Counted from the first letter of the whole stretch, positions 49,188-61,234 are shown. The stretch is DNA of 63,342 bases, filler included, from Octopus bimaculoides (GCF_001194135.2; 6 parts of 6 records of this genome joined end to end with filler, not necessarily neighbours in it), one strand, 5' to 3'. The notes: generated by a model from the sequence alone, not told the origin. Program-made: numbers and translations.

Positions 49188-49435
49188 TAGCACAAGGCCT
49201 GAAATTTCGGGGGAGGGGGTAAGTTGGTTACATAGATCCGCGTGCTCAACTGGTACTTATTATACCGATCCCGATAGGATAAAAGATTCCAGCGCTCAGC
49301 TGGTACATATTTTATCGGCTCCAAAAAGGATGAAAGGCAAAGTCAACCTCAGCGGAATTTGAACTCAGAACGTAAAGACGAATAAAATGCTGCTAAGTAT
49401 TTTGCCCAGCATGCTAACGACATAACCAGCTCGCC
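49188..49435 (-). mobile_element. SINE family A with internal duplication
   Basis: Consensus match. Confidence 0.88.
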
Positions 49436-49439
49436 AACA

Positions 49440-49790
49440 CATTATATGGACCACATACTTCTTCCATTGGTATTGCAGTACTTGGATCCCTGGTGCAGAA
49501 GTTTTCATCTTGTTGGTCAAAAAAGTAATCAACAGCAGATATGATGTCATCCTCACTGCGACGCTAATTCCCTGATAAGTGTTTTTTCATGTTGGGGGAA
49601 CAGATGATAATCAGATGGGGCCAAATCAGGAGAATAGGGACGGTGATCAATCAGTTCAAAACGACAGTCACACACAGCAACCATCGAAACGAAGGACTTA
49701 TGTGCAGGAGCCTGGTCCTGATGAAACAAGACCTCTGGCGTCAGTTTTCCTAGATATTTGGTCGTGGTAGCCTTTCGAAACTGACTCAAC
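49440..49790 (-). mobile_element. mariner transposase C-terminal fragment
   Basis: LFHQDQAPAH and HRPYSPDLAPSDYHLF (second and third catalytic D motifs). Confidence 0.88.
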
Positions 49791-49804
49791 AAGTTGGCAT
49801 AATA

Positions 49805-49990
49805 CTTTAGTCGAGCAGATCGACCCCCAGGACTTATTCCTTGTAAGCCTAGTACTTATTCTATCGGTCTCTTTTTGCCGAACCGCTAAGTTACGGGGAC
49901 GTAAACACACCAGCAACGGTTGTCAAGCGAAGTTGGGGGGACAAATACAGACACAAACATATACACACACATATATATACATATATATAT
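49805..49990 (-). mobile_element. SINE family B tail half
   Basis: Consensus match. Confidence 0.9.
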
Positions 49991-50201
49991 ATTAGAGTAC
50001 GTCCTGCCTTATTTTCGAAACGTCGAGTTAGAATAGAGGCAGCTGATGAATAATTCCAAGTGGCTTTCTGTTTTCCTATGTGTTCGTTCCGTTGTCTGTA
50101 GTTCATTGTTCTAACGTCCTGTACCCTGATATGCATCTATATACACATGTAGATGAAAGTATATACATATATATATATTAGAGTACGTCCTGCCTTATTT
50201 T
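49991..50201 (+). repeat. 186-bp direct repeat unit, Penelope pLTR-like
   Basis: ATTAGAGTACGTCCTGCCTTATTTT recurs 186 bp later and runs into a gap; unit contains CGAAACGTCGAG and CTGATGA. Confidence 0.55.
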
Positions 50202-50340
50202 NNNNNNNNNNNNNNNNNNNNNNNNNNNNNNNNNNNNNNNNNNNNTTAATTAATTAANNNNNNNNNNNNNNNNNNNNNNNNNNNNNNNNNNNNNNNNNNN
50301 NAATAATGATGATGATGATAATAATAATAACATCGGAAAA

Positions 50341-50510
50341 ATACCTTAGGAATGAGAACCCAGGTTCGAAATTTCCCCAGAACACCTGATGAAGGCTGGA
50401 GAGTATATCAGCCGAAACGTTGTCTTAACAACAAACCAGACGAGGACACATATCCGTCAAATGTAAATGTAAATATTGTAAATAATGTACATAATTTGTC
50501 ATCTCTTAAA
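50341..50510 (+). mobile_element. Penelope-like pLTR-type short repeat carrying a hammerhead motif
   Basis: Homologue of 10576-10727. Confidence 0.7.
50381..50426 (+). ncRNA. Minimal type I hammerhead ribozyme motif (one stem I mismatch)
   Basis: AACAC-CTGATGA-A-GGCTG-(10 nt)-CAGCC-GAAAC-GTT-GTCTT. Confidence 0.65.
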
Positions 50511-51107
50511 TATAGAACTGCGTTAAATCCCTATGGCCAGTTCAGAGCGCCCTCTGTTGGAATGGGGTGTGAATTTCATACTCTTTTTTCCTCCTCAGGA
50601 CCAGTTACTGAGAGAGACAACCCAGAGCTGATTAGAGAGTCAAGCTTAGGTAGTTTACTGGTTGTCTTCAACAAGAATCTATTTTTACCATGACGAATGG
50701 AAGTGACAAGCCTTTACCGGTTCAAATACCGCTCATATATATTTGGATTGGTCCTAAATTCGTATACCTACTGTCACTAATGCGTCCGCACACATACATA
50801 TTGTACCCTGGGACATATACGGAAAACGGAGAGGCTATCAGGCATTTTGCCCAAACAACTCCCGTGAAAAACGTACGGACGGAGGACCGAATGGTTTTTG
50901 CGTGAAAAACATTAAAAAAACTGCATAAATGTATGTGTTTGTGTGTGTGTATTTGCATGTATGCATACATATATGTGTGTGTATGGGTATATGGATGTAT
51001 ATTATATACAAACAGATGAACACATACAAAAGAGTTATTAGAAGGAAGTGGGTGTTGAATATATCACGCTATCTAAATACATCCATCCGCTAATGTATGT
51101 GGGTATG

Positions 51108-51149
<42 letters not shown>

Positions 51150-52683
51150 CCATATATATATATATACATACATACATACAGTCAGATAAACAGATACATA
51201 AATAACTTGATGTAGGTATGCATATACATATATATATATATATANNNNNNNNNNNNNNNNNNNNNNNNNNNNNNNNNNNNNNNNNNNNNNNNNNNNNNNN
51301 NNNNNNNNNNNNNNNNNNNNNNNNNNNNNNNNNNNNNNNNNNNNNNNNNNNNNNNNNNNNNNNNNNNNNNNNNNNNNNNNNNNNNNNNNNNNNNNNNNNN
51401 NNNNNNNNNNNNNNNNNNNNNNNNNNNNNNNNNNNNNNNNNNNNNNNNNNNNNNNNNNNNNNNNNNNNNNNNNNNNNNNNNNNNNNNNNNNNNNNNNNNN
51501 NNNNNNNNNNNNNNNNNNNNNNNNNNNNNNNNNNNNNNNNNNNNNNNNNNNNNNNNNNNNNNNNNNNNNNNNNNNNNNNNNNNNNNNNNNNNNNNNNNNN
51601 NNNNNNNNNNNNNNNNNNNNNNNNNNNNNNNNNNNNNNNNNNNNNNNNNNNNNNNNNNNNNNNNNNNNNNNNNNNNNNNNNNNNNNNNNNNNNNNNNNNN
51701 NNNNNNNNNNNNNNNNNNNNNNNNNNNNNNNNNNNNNNNNNNNNNNNNNNNNNNNNNNNNNNNNNNNNNNNNNNNNNNNNNNNNNNNNNNNNNNNNNNNN
51801 NNNNNNNNNNNNNNNNNNNNNNNNNNNNNNNNNNNNNNNNNNNNNNNNNNNNNNNNNNNNNNNNNNNNNNNNNNNNNNNNNNNNNNNNNNNNNNNNNNNN
51901 NNNNNNNNNNNNNNNNNNNNNNNNNNNNNNNNNNNNNNNNNNNNNNNNNNNNNNNNNNNNNNNNNNNNNNNNNNNNNNNNNNNNNNNNNNNNNNNNNNNN
52001 NNNNNNNNNNNNNNNNNNNNNNNNNNNNNNNNNNNNNNNNNNNNNNNNNNNNNNNNNNNNNNNNNNNNNNNNNNNNNNNNNNNNNNNNNNNNNNNNNNNN
52101 NNNNNNNNNNNNNNNNNNNNNNNNNNNNNNNNNNNNNNNNNNNNNNNNNNNNNNNNNNNNNNNNNNNNNNNNNNNNNNNNNNNNNNNNNNNNNNNNNNNN
52201 NNNNNNNNNNNNNNNNNNNNNNNNNNNNNNNNNNTGATGCAAAGAGGAAAAATACAAATGATACCCTATATACATACATATATATATATGAAATTTAAAG
52301 AAAAACAAAAGACGAAGACGGGTGTAATTAGATTGATGTTCGGGAAGGTGAGAAAGTCTTTTATGTTTCGAGTCTATGCTCTTCAACAGAAACGAACGCG
52401 AAGAAATAAACAGAGAATAGAAAAAAAATATGTATATGTGTGTGTATATATACACACATACATATATATATAGATATACACACATATAGGTACGTATATA
52501 TGTACATACATGTGTATGAATCATATATATATATATAGATGTACATACATATATGTATACACGCACACACACACACACACACTCACACACACACACACAC
52601 ACACACNNNNNNNNNNACGTATATATGTACATACATGTGTATGAATCATATATATATATATAGATGGACATACATATATGTAT

Positions 52684-52714
<31 letters not shown>

Positions 52715-52915
52715 TGTATATATATATATATATATATATGCGTGTGTGTGTGTATGTATGCAGATATACACGTATGATTATATATATATATATGCATACA
52801 CTTACACACACTCACACACACACACACACACACGCACACACATACACGATGTCTGCGCGTTAGCTAGATACCCTTATGTATGCGTGCGTGTCTATGCATA
52901 TCCTTAGATAGATGA

Positions 52916-52971
<56 letters not shown>

Positions 52972-53564
52972 CTACCTACATACATACATACATACATACA
53001 TACATACGTTTGTACATATTTATACACATTCTCGCACACATGCATGTACATACTATCTCTGTGTGCCAGTATGTACTTCCCTAAACGTGTGTACGCGTGT
53101 GTCAGAGACAGGAGGGGGAAAGAAACGGGAGAGGGTCAAAAGGGGGAGGCGAATGGCTCCTTAGAAGTGAGCGAAGACAATTGCTGGTGACGTCACCTCA
53201 ATGGTACAAAGATGGGGGGGAAGGGGCATGACGTGGCTTGGAAGTGATGGTGGTGGCGGTTGCGTATGCTAAGAATAGCCAAGCACGTGCACACACTCAT
53301 CCCGTCCTGATGAACTCAGAGGATTTGAGTGTACAGAAGAAACCTTACTCGACCCGCTAGATATAGCAGCTAAATATTATTGCATATTATTGCATAAAAA
53401 TTCAAAAGCGCTATTTAAGACAACGTAGACTGTAATATGATACAGAAAATATCGTAATACAAGCATACATTTCTACATACATACATACATGAAAAGGTCC
53501 ACACATATACATGCATACATACACACACACACTCTTACATACATAACTACATGCATACACACAC

Positions 53565-54180
53565 TCGGGGCTTTGGGATATGTAGCACACTGCCTAAATG
53601 CCAATCTTGAGAAATTAGGCTTCGCAAAACCAGAAAGGAGAAAGCTGATTCAAAGACTACAGATCCAATCCATCACTGGAACTGTCAAAATCTGTAAAAC
53701 TTTCCAGAAGTTTATCATTTAAATATATATGAGCATGGATAGATATGGTAACTATACGCATGGGAATACATACATAAAGCAAAACATACAAGCCTGCATG
53801 CATACATACATACATACAAAAATACCCTGTTGCTGATGTTGAAATTCCAGTGAGGGAGCCTTGGATCTAGGTTAGAAACCGGCTCTTTATTGGCAAGAAG
53901 TCTTGAAATTAAGGCGGCGAGCTGGCAGAAACGTTAGGGGGCCGGGCGAAATGCTTAGCGGTATTTCCTCTGCCGTTTCGTTCTGAGTTCAAATTCCGCC
54001 GAGGTCGACTTTGCCTTTCATCCTTTCGGGGGTCGATAAATTAAGTACCAGTTACGCACTGGGGTCGATGTAATCGACTTAATCCCTTTGTCTGTCCCTG
54101 CTTGTCTCCTCTATGTTTAGCCCCCTTGTGGGCAATAAAGAAATAAGAAGTCTTGAAATAGAACTAAATAATGACATACA
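53565..54180 (+). mobile_element. REL-type LINE family T 3' end, interrupted by a SINE
   Basis: LGALGYVAHCLNANLEKLGFAKPERRKLIQRLQIQSITGTVKICKTFQKFII* plus 3'UTR homologous to 23950-24320. Confidence 0.8.
53910..54144 (+). mobile_element. Young SINE family A (long-tail subfamily) with 15-bp TSD
   Basis: AAGAAGTCTTGAAAT at 53895-53909 and 54145-54159. Confidence 0.95.
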
Positions 54181-55455
54181 CATGCACACGTATACATACA
54201 TACGCGCATATATACATACAGCCATACATACAAACACACACACATACATACACACACACTCACACGTACATAATACACGAAACAGCAAGAACAACTACCA
54301 CTGCCTCTGTGCTGTTTATTCCCTACTCACCCGGATGTAAACACTTCACTGTGACAATGGTTTGTGGCAGAGATTAGTAAAATGGAGGAGGTGAGGTCGT
54401 GGGGGGGAGGTGCAGCTGTGTGTGTGTGTGTTTGTTTATATGTATATATGTGCGTGTATGTATGTATCTACGTCCTCGTTTACGAGAGTATACATGTGTG
54501 TATGAATATGTGTGGAAATATACATATGTGTGTGTATGTGTTCAGTTGTGTGTGTTTGTTTATATGTATATATATATATGTGTGTGTATGTATGTGCCAG
54601 TACTTGAGAGTATACTTGTGTGCATGAATGTGTAAGAAAATATGTGTGTGTGTGTGCATGTGTGTCTGTGCGTGTATGTGTGTGCGTACGTGTGTGTGTC
54701 CGTGTGTGTGCATGTGTGTGTGTGTGCATGTGTGTGTGTGCCTGCGCGAAGGAGGTTGTGTGTGCGTCTGAGTATAAGTGTGTGTTCGTGCGTATATATA
54801 TAACAATCATAAGGGCACACAAATGCACCTGCCTGCTAGAAATAAGAGTTATAAACCTCATTTAAACCCCAAACTTACAGCAGAAAATCAACAGCAGTCG
54901 GGCGAGCGGGCTACAAAATATACATAGCTATGTATGTGCCTATATTTGATCCCCCACGTTTGACATAGTTCAGCCTACACAAGACAATTGTTTCTGGCAA
55001 AAGGACGAAGATTTCCATAAAGAGAACATCATAAAGGTCGAATTTGTATACTTCAGTAGGTGAGATTCAAAGGAAAATAAAAATAACCAAAAAGACGTTT
55101 AGAATATACACAGATTTTTTTTCTTAGTCATCATTATTATTTAGGTCAACGTATATTCATTCTTCTCCTCACAATTATATGAATCGAGACTAAAGGACTC
55201 GGCTGCTTAAATATTTAATATATAAATATCTAATATGTAACAATCGCCTGCGAATATGAAATAAAAGCATAATCCATTCTAACATCCAATCTGCTTCATT
55301 TCATTTACTTGGGGAAATTTATTGAACTTTGCTTAATTAATTAAGTTTTATATTGATTATTTCATTACATAGCTATACAATTTAAAAATTCGTAAACAGA
55401 AATCTATGGAAAAAAAAATTCCTATCAAAGGACGAAGATAAATTCATCCGGATAA

Positions 55456-55545
<90 letters not shown>

Positions 55546-55564
55546 ATATATGTATGTAGGTATA

Positions 55565-55649
55565 GGCGAAGGAGTGTCTATGTGGTAAATGCTTGCTTAT
55601 CAACCACACGGTTCTGGGTTCAGTCCCACTGCGTAGCCCCTTGGACAGG
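55565..55649 (+). mobile_element. SINE family B head fragment
   Basis: GGCGAAGGAGTGTCTATGTGGTAA..GGTTCAGTCCCACTGCG. Confidence 0.8.
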
Positions 55650-56038
55650 TACCTATAAAACTAGTTTTTCAACATCGAATGGCTATGGGTACCCACAAGA
55701 ATAAAACAGTAAACAAAGGGGCACATACATAAAGAAAATGGTTGGAATCCACTGATCTATCTATACTGCCATCTCCACAAAACTCCTGTAAGTAAACACG
55801 GATGTTAGTAAGGGGAAAAGCGCGCTGAGCTACCTTGATTTTATTCATAGTTAACACAGCATTCCATCCAGTAGCCAGCCATTGGCTAAGATGACCGGAA
55901 GATGAAGGATCGCCATCAGAAGATCCTTCTTTCAGCTATTTTGAGAGGAACTAGGGAGCCATCAGTCTTAAGTGATGATGCGGTGTGTTTGTGCAGCATA
56001 ATGCGCAGACAAACGCACACAACACACACACATATATA

Positions 56039-56150
56039 CAGTAATCGCTCAACTATCGTGGGTGTTACGTTAACCCCCCCTCACCCCCTCCCACGCCGCC
56101 GCGATAGGTGAAAATCCGCGAAGTAGAAACAGTACTGTAACTGCGTGTAC
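56039..56150 (+). mobile_element. Tigger-like 5' terminus
   Basis: TA|CAGTAATCGCTC..CGCGATAGGTGAAAATCCGCGAAGT resembles pogo/Tigger TIR-proximal sequence. Confidence 0.5.
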
Positions 56151-56248
56151 TGTTTATCATTTTTTATAATTTGTAGATATTTATTTTATTATAGTGATGT
56201 ACTTGCATAGCAAGTGACCTGATCTGAGATCGTGTGCTGGAAAGAAAA

Positions 56249-56420
56249 CAACTGCAGCGTGGAAGGTGTTTATAAGCCATTTAAGAAACACAGAAAAACC
56301 GTTAAATTCACTTCAACATTTGACGAAAATAGTTTGGCAAATTAAATTAAAATTTTGAAGTGAATCTAACGGTTTTTGTGTGTTTTAAGCGGCTTATAAA
56401 CACCTTCCACGCTGCAATTG
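56249..56420. mobile_element. Fold-back element, ~72-bp arms
   Basis: CAACTGCAGCGTGGAAGGTGTTTATAAGCC..CTTCAA vs TTGAAG..GGCTTATAAACACCTTCCACGCTGCAATTG; ~28-nt loop. Confidence 0.85.
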
Positions 56421-56616
56421 TATCTTATTATAAATGTAAAACACCACATCACACTTGCCTCCCATTTTTCGTTTTCCATACAGTATGTGTGATTCTTTGT
56501 TAACTCATCTATGGTACACTACGTATTTTCTTATAATATATTTTAATTAATGTGTTATATACTGTACTGTACCGTATTTTTATTTATTAATTTGTTAATT
56601 ATTTATTAATTTGTCA

Positions 56617-56817
56617 CACACACCCCAACCTTGCTTGACAACCGATGCTGGTGTGCTTACGACCCCGTAACACTAGCGGTTCGGCAAAAAGAGACCGATA
56701 GAATAAGTACTAGGCTTACAAAAAGAATAAGTCTTGGGGTCGATTAGCTCGACTAAAAAGGTGGTGCTCCAGCATGGCCACAGTCAAATGACTGAAACAA
56801 GTAAAAGAGTAAAAGAG
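56617..56817 (+). mobile_element. SINE family B tail half
   Basis: Close match to consensus. Confidence 0.93.
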
Positions 56818-56819
56818 TG

Positions 56820-56856
<37 letters not shown>

Positions 56857-58237
56857 GAATGTATGTACGTTTGTATGTATGTATGTTTGCATGTATATAT
56901 ATGTATGTATGCATGGATGTATGTATGTATGTATGTATGAGCCAATGAAAGAGACTCCTACGTGAGTGCTCTGGTAGAAATAGCAGCCAAATCGCCCTCA
57001 AATCACACTCCGTTGTCCTATGTACGTATGTATGTATGTATGTATGTATGTATGTGTGTGTGTATGTAAGTCAAGTGCCTTTTGAGCAGCCTGTTGCCCA
57101 CCAACCCTCTGTCTGCCATCCTCTCCAGCGGTCAGCCGGTGACAGCGACTGCTCGCCACAGTGCGTGGACGTCTAAATATAACTTTCCTGATAAGCACCG
57201 TGTCTCCCGACACCAACTCACACGCGGCTGCGAATGACGCCTCTGTTTGGGTGTGTACATACATACATACACACATATATATATATATATCTATAGCTAT
57301 ATATATAAACATAATTAAGGGATCAGCAAATAGTTGCTTCACCACATACCGAAGTTCAGAAATAGCAGCTAAAAAGCTGAGACTCCAACAGATAGCATTA
57401 CTTGTAACTCACAAAGGCAAAACAAGAAGAAAANNNNNNNNNNNNNNNNNNNNNNNNNNNNNNNNNNNNNNNNNNNNTTAATTAATTAANNNNNNNNNNN
57501 NNNNNNNNNNNNNNNNNNNNNNNNNNNNNNNNNTATATATATATATATATATTATATGTATGTATATACATAAATGTGTTTTTTATCAATATTTGGCAGA
57601 AGTTACAGAGTGACTCAAGGGCCAAGAATTCTATGCATTAGCATTTATCAAGCTTATTGCCAGACCTGTATATATCTATGTATATGTTTATGTTGATGTG
57701 TGTGTATATGTCAAAATATAAAATATACACTTAGCATGAGAAAAGGACTTTGTTTTGCTTTTGAGTGCAAATATGTGAAAGTAAGCAATGAAGACTTAGG
57801 GATCTAAAGAAATTGATTCCGAATGAGGACATAGAGGTATCTGTATTGCAGAAGGTGAGGTACATGGAAAGAAAGCTGCTTCATTGTGAAAAGTGCCATC
57901 TCTGTAATATTTGGGCAGACTGCACACTTCGGCAAATATTCAGTGAAGCTGACAATGCTTGTGGGTAAACTATGCTCTCTATGGCTCCGGCATTGGAAGA
58001 ATAAATATACACAAGACCCTTCTTTGCTGTGTTGTCATATTTTGCAAATATGCAAGATTTCCTTTGCTGGGAAAATTGGAAGAATGACACAATACATCCT
58101 CTTTCTCTTTATTTCTAACAAAACAGACCTCCGTTTTTTTTTTTAGAAATAAGAGTGACCCCTAGCAAGAAGATCACAATGAAATTAAAATTTGAATTGC
58201 ACACTTTATTTTCAAGTTTTGATAATTTACCTGCTAT

Positions 58238-58382
58238 AATTTAAAGGTATGTTACAGGTAATTTGTTTTCCTAACATAATTCTCTGTTAGTAAATGTTTT
58301 TCTCACAACAATTTAAAGGTATGTTAAAGATAATATATTTTAATAACATAATTTTCTGCTGGTAAATGATTTTCTCTAACAC
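58238..58382. repeat. Diverged ~73-bp tandem duplication
   Basis: AATTTAAAGGTATGTTA..AACATAATT..GTAAATG..TTTCTC occurs twice. Confidence 0.75.
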
Positions 58383-58858
58383 AAATACCCAACAATATTG
58401 AATTCAGAGTATTTAAGAAATTATTTGGAAATTATATAAAAACGAATGGTAGAATTGGACTGTCCACATTTTAAAACCAAAAATTTAAAGACAAAAAATT
58501 GAAAGACAGTGGAAAGTTTTGAAATTGTTCTGGGATGGAGATGGCGGGGAATATTAAAAAAATTTTTTTTTTTATTAGATAATCGTATGAATTCCATTAT
58601 TAAAGTGAAAAAATTTTGTGAAAATTCTTAAAAATAAAAACGTTAGAAGGAGTCTTTAGTATGTGCTTCATTTAGAACTCTGCCATCTTTTTTTTATTTT
58701 GTAATTCAAGTTTGTGATGAGTGTATTTAACAATCTGATCTTCGATATAAACTTAAATGGAAGTTTTTCAGAAATCGTGTCATTTAGCTGTTGTTTCTAG
58801 CATGTCAGAGGTTTCATTTGCATCTCCATTTTTTTTTCCAAAACTTCTTTTGGGTTCC

Positions 58859-59526
58859 TATGTTTTCGATATTGGAGATTTGGATTTTGCCCGAAAAACA
58901 CGTTTTCAAAATCTTAATTTCCCCACTCCCCATCCTAATTTTAAAATATTTTTCGAAATTTTTTTTGTAATCCTTGTGGAAAACGAGAAATTATGAATCT
59001 TTGAAAAATTTTTTTTTTTGATTTTTCTTAAAGAAACACTCAAATCCCTTTGTCCATCCTCCACCCATCACCTTCCCACATTCAAAAAGCTAAAAACTCT
59101 GAATTTTTCACTTTTATCTTTAATGAAAGTGGGGAAGTTCTTTCAGAAATAATGTTATCTAGCTGTTGTCTCTAGCATATCGGGTTTTCTGGTGGTGATC
59201 TGATATTTTTAACGTCTGCTATTTCAGTGGAATTCTATGCATGCATGAAACATCAGACGAAAGGGAAACATTCTCAGGTTTTAGCTTTCTAAAAGCAGAG
59301 AGGTGATGGGTGGAAGAGGTGGGGGAAGAAGCATTGAGTGTTTTACGAAAATTGAAATTTAAAAAAAATTCAGATTTGTAACCTTTGTGTTATTCTACGA
59401 GGATTAAAAAAAAAAATTGGAAAAAAGTTAAAAATTAAGAAATTAAGGTGGGGCAAGGGGGAAATTAAAATTTTGAAAACGTGATTTTTTGGGAAAAATC
59501 ATAGTCTCCCATATCGCAAACATAGA
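58859..59526. mobile_element. Old fold-back element with ~250-bp diverged arms
   Basis: 58859-59104 aligns to the reverse complement of 59270-59526. Confidence 0.75.
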
Positions 59527-59926
59527 AATCTGAAGAAATTTTTGAGAAAAAAAAAAAAAGCAGAAGTGGATGGTACAGAAAATGTACCAATAATTGTNNN
59601 NNNNNNNNNNNNNNNNNNNNNNNNNNNNNNNNNNNNNNNNNNNNNNNNNNNNNNNNNNNNNNNNNNNNNNNNNNNNNNNNNNNNNNNNNNNNNNNNNNNN
59701 NNNNNNNNNNNNNNNNNNNNNNNNNNNNNNNNNNNNNNNNNNNNNNNNNNNNNNNNNNNNNNNNNNNNNNNNNNNNNNNNNNNNNNNNNNNNNNNNNNNN
59801 NNNNNNNNNNNNNNNNNNNNNNNNNNNNNNNNNNNNNNNNNNNNNNNNNNNNNNNNNNNNNNNNNNNNNNNNNNNNNNNNNNNNNNNNNNNNNNNNNNNN
59901 NNNNNNNNNNNNNNNNNNNNNNNNNN

Positions 59927-59965
<39 letters not shown>

Positions 59966-59977
59966 CTGTTTCATATA

Positions 59978-60104
59978 CAGGGTGTCCACAAAGTCTGGGT
60001 ACATGGGGATTAACACATACTTTAAGAAATTATTATTTCTTATATTTAATTGTTTATGTTATGATTTTATTTACTCCATGTACCCAGACCTTGTGGACAC
60101 CCTG
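59978..60104. mobile_element. Tc1/mariner-type MITE (127 bp)
   Basis: 29-bp TIRs CAGGGTGTCCACAA(A/G)GTCTGGGTACATGG, one mismatch; TA on the left. Confidence 0.88.
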
Positions 60105-60329
60105 TGTATGTATATCTATATATCTATATAGATGCCTTTAGAAATAAAGGCATCCCAAATATTATTTTAGCAAGTTTAAAGTGATTTCTTTTGTGCTGTA
60201 AACCATTTACCATTTCTGTGGTGCTCCCTTCTTCCCTTGATGCCCTAAGCACATGCTTATTTTGCTTAATGAATAATCCAGCGCTGCCTGGACCCTTTTT
60301 TTTTAGTGGTCAACAAAGTAAAATCTAAA

Positions 60330-60780
60330 GGCCCATGAACTGAGTTTAAAATGCATTAAGCAGGTAGACAGACTGACCTTTCAAAAGACCTTTCCAATCC
60401 ATGGGAAATACGGTGATATATATATATAAAAAAAGGCATGAGGTTCTTTCTTAGCAGTGAAAATGTTCGGAATCATTATTGTCATGGAGAAAAGAAACAC
60501 TGCTTCATAATTTTCCCCCATTTTCCTTTCTGTCGAAAACCGATTCTTTGAATTATTAATTGCTGTCATAAAGAATTAAGCAGACAATATTTCGCCTGCG
60601 TGGAGATATTCGATATCAATGACACCTTTGGAGTTACAGATATTGCATGTCATCACCTTGATTACAATTGATTCTGTCATTATTGATTTGGGAGTAAGTG
60701 AAGATCCTTGAAAGCCCCTCTCAATTTCACTGTTGTTTGCTTGTCTGCTGGATCACATCCATAAATCAAGGTCCCTTCTA
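60330..60780 (-). mobile_element. Very old mariner transposase remnant
   Basis: Frameshifted IYGCDP, KVM..SKGVIDIEYL.AGE, GKL..FLHDN and SPY motifs in mariner order. Confidence 0.55.
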
Positions 60781-60989
60781 ATTATTTTCTATTAATCTGT
60801 TTCCCTTGTTTCAGTCTTTGGACTGTGGCCATGCTGGGGTACTGCCTTGAATGGTTTAGTCTAGTGGTTCTCGAGCAGGGTCCTTATGGCCCTTGGTGGT
60901 GGTGGTGGTGGTGGGGGTCTGTATAAGATTTTGTTGTTAAAATTTATGTGCAATAATTTGGGAAAACTTCCACAATATGCAAAATAATT

Positions 60990-61215
60990 TTATTCTTTTA
61001 TTCTTTTACTTGTTTCAGTCAGTTGACTGCGGCCATGCTGGAGCACCGTCATGAAGGGTTTTATTTGAACAAATTGACCTCAGAACTTATTTTTTAAGCC
61101 TAGTGCTTATTCTACCAGTTGGTTTTGCTGAACCACTAAGTTACAGGGACGTAAACACACCAACACCAGTTGTCAAGCAATGGTGGGTGGACAAACACAG
61201 ACACAAAGATACACA
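60990..61215 (-). mobile_element. SINE family B tail half
   Basis: Reverse-complement consensus. Confidence 0.9.
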
Positions 61216-61234
61216 CATATAGATAGATAGATAG

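Noticed and set aside
52480-52720. ~130-bp direct repeat across a 10-N gap
   Set aside because: Typical contig-overlap artefact in low-complexity sequence.
53300-53356. CTGATGA..ACTCA/TGAGT..GAAAC hammerhead-like string
   Set aside because: Eight extra nucleotides between stem II and GAAA and no helix III pairing; probably chance.
57790-57975. Frame RLRDLKKLIPNEDIEV..HCEKCHLCNIW as exon or zinc finger
   Set aside because: No usable acceptor or start and no complete CCHC pattern; at most an unidentifiable retroelement scrap.
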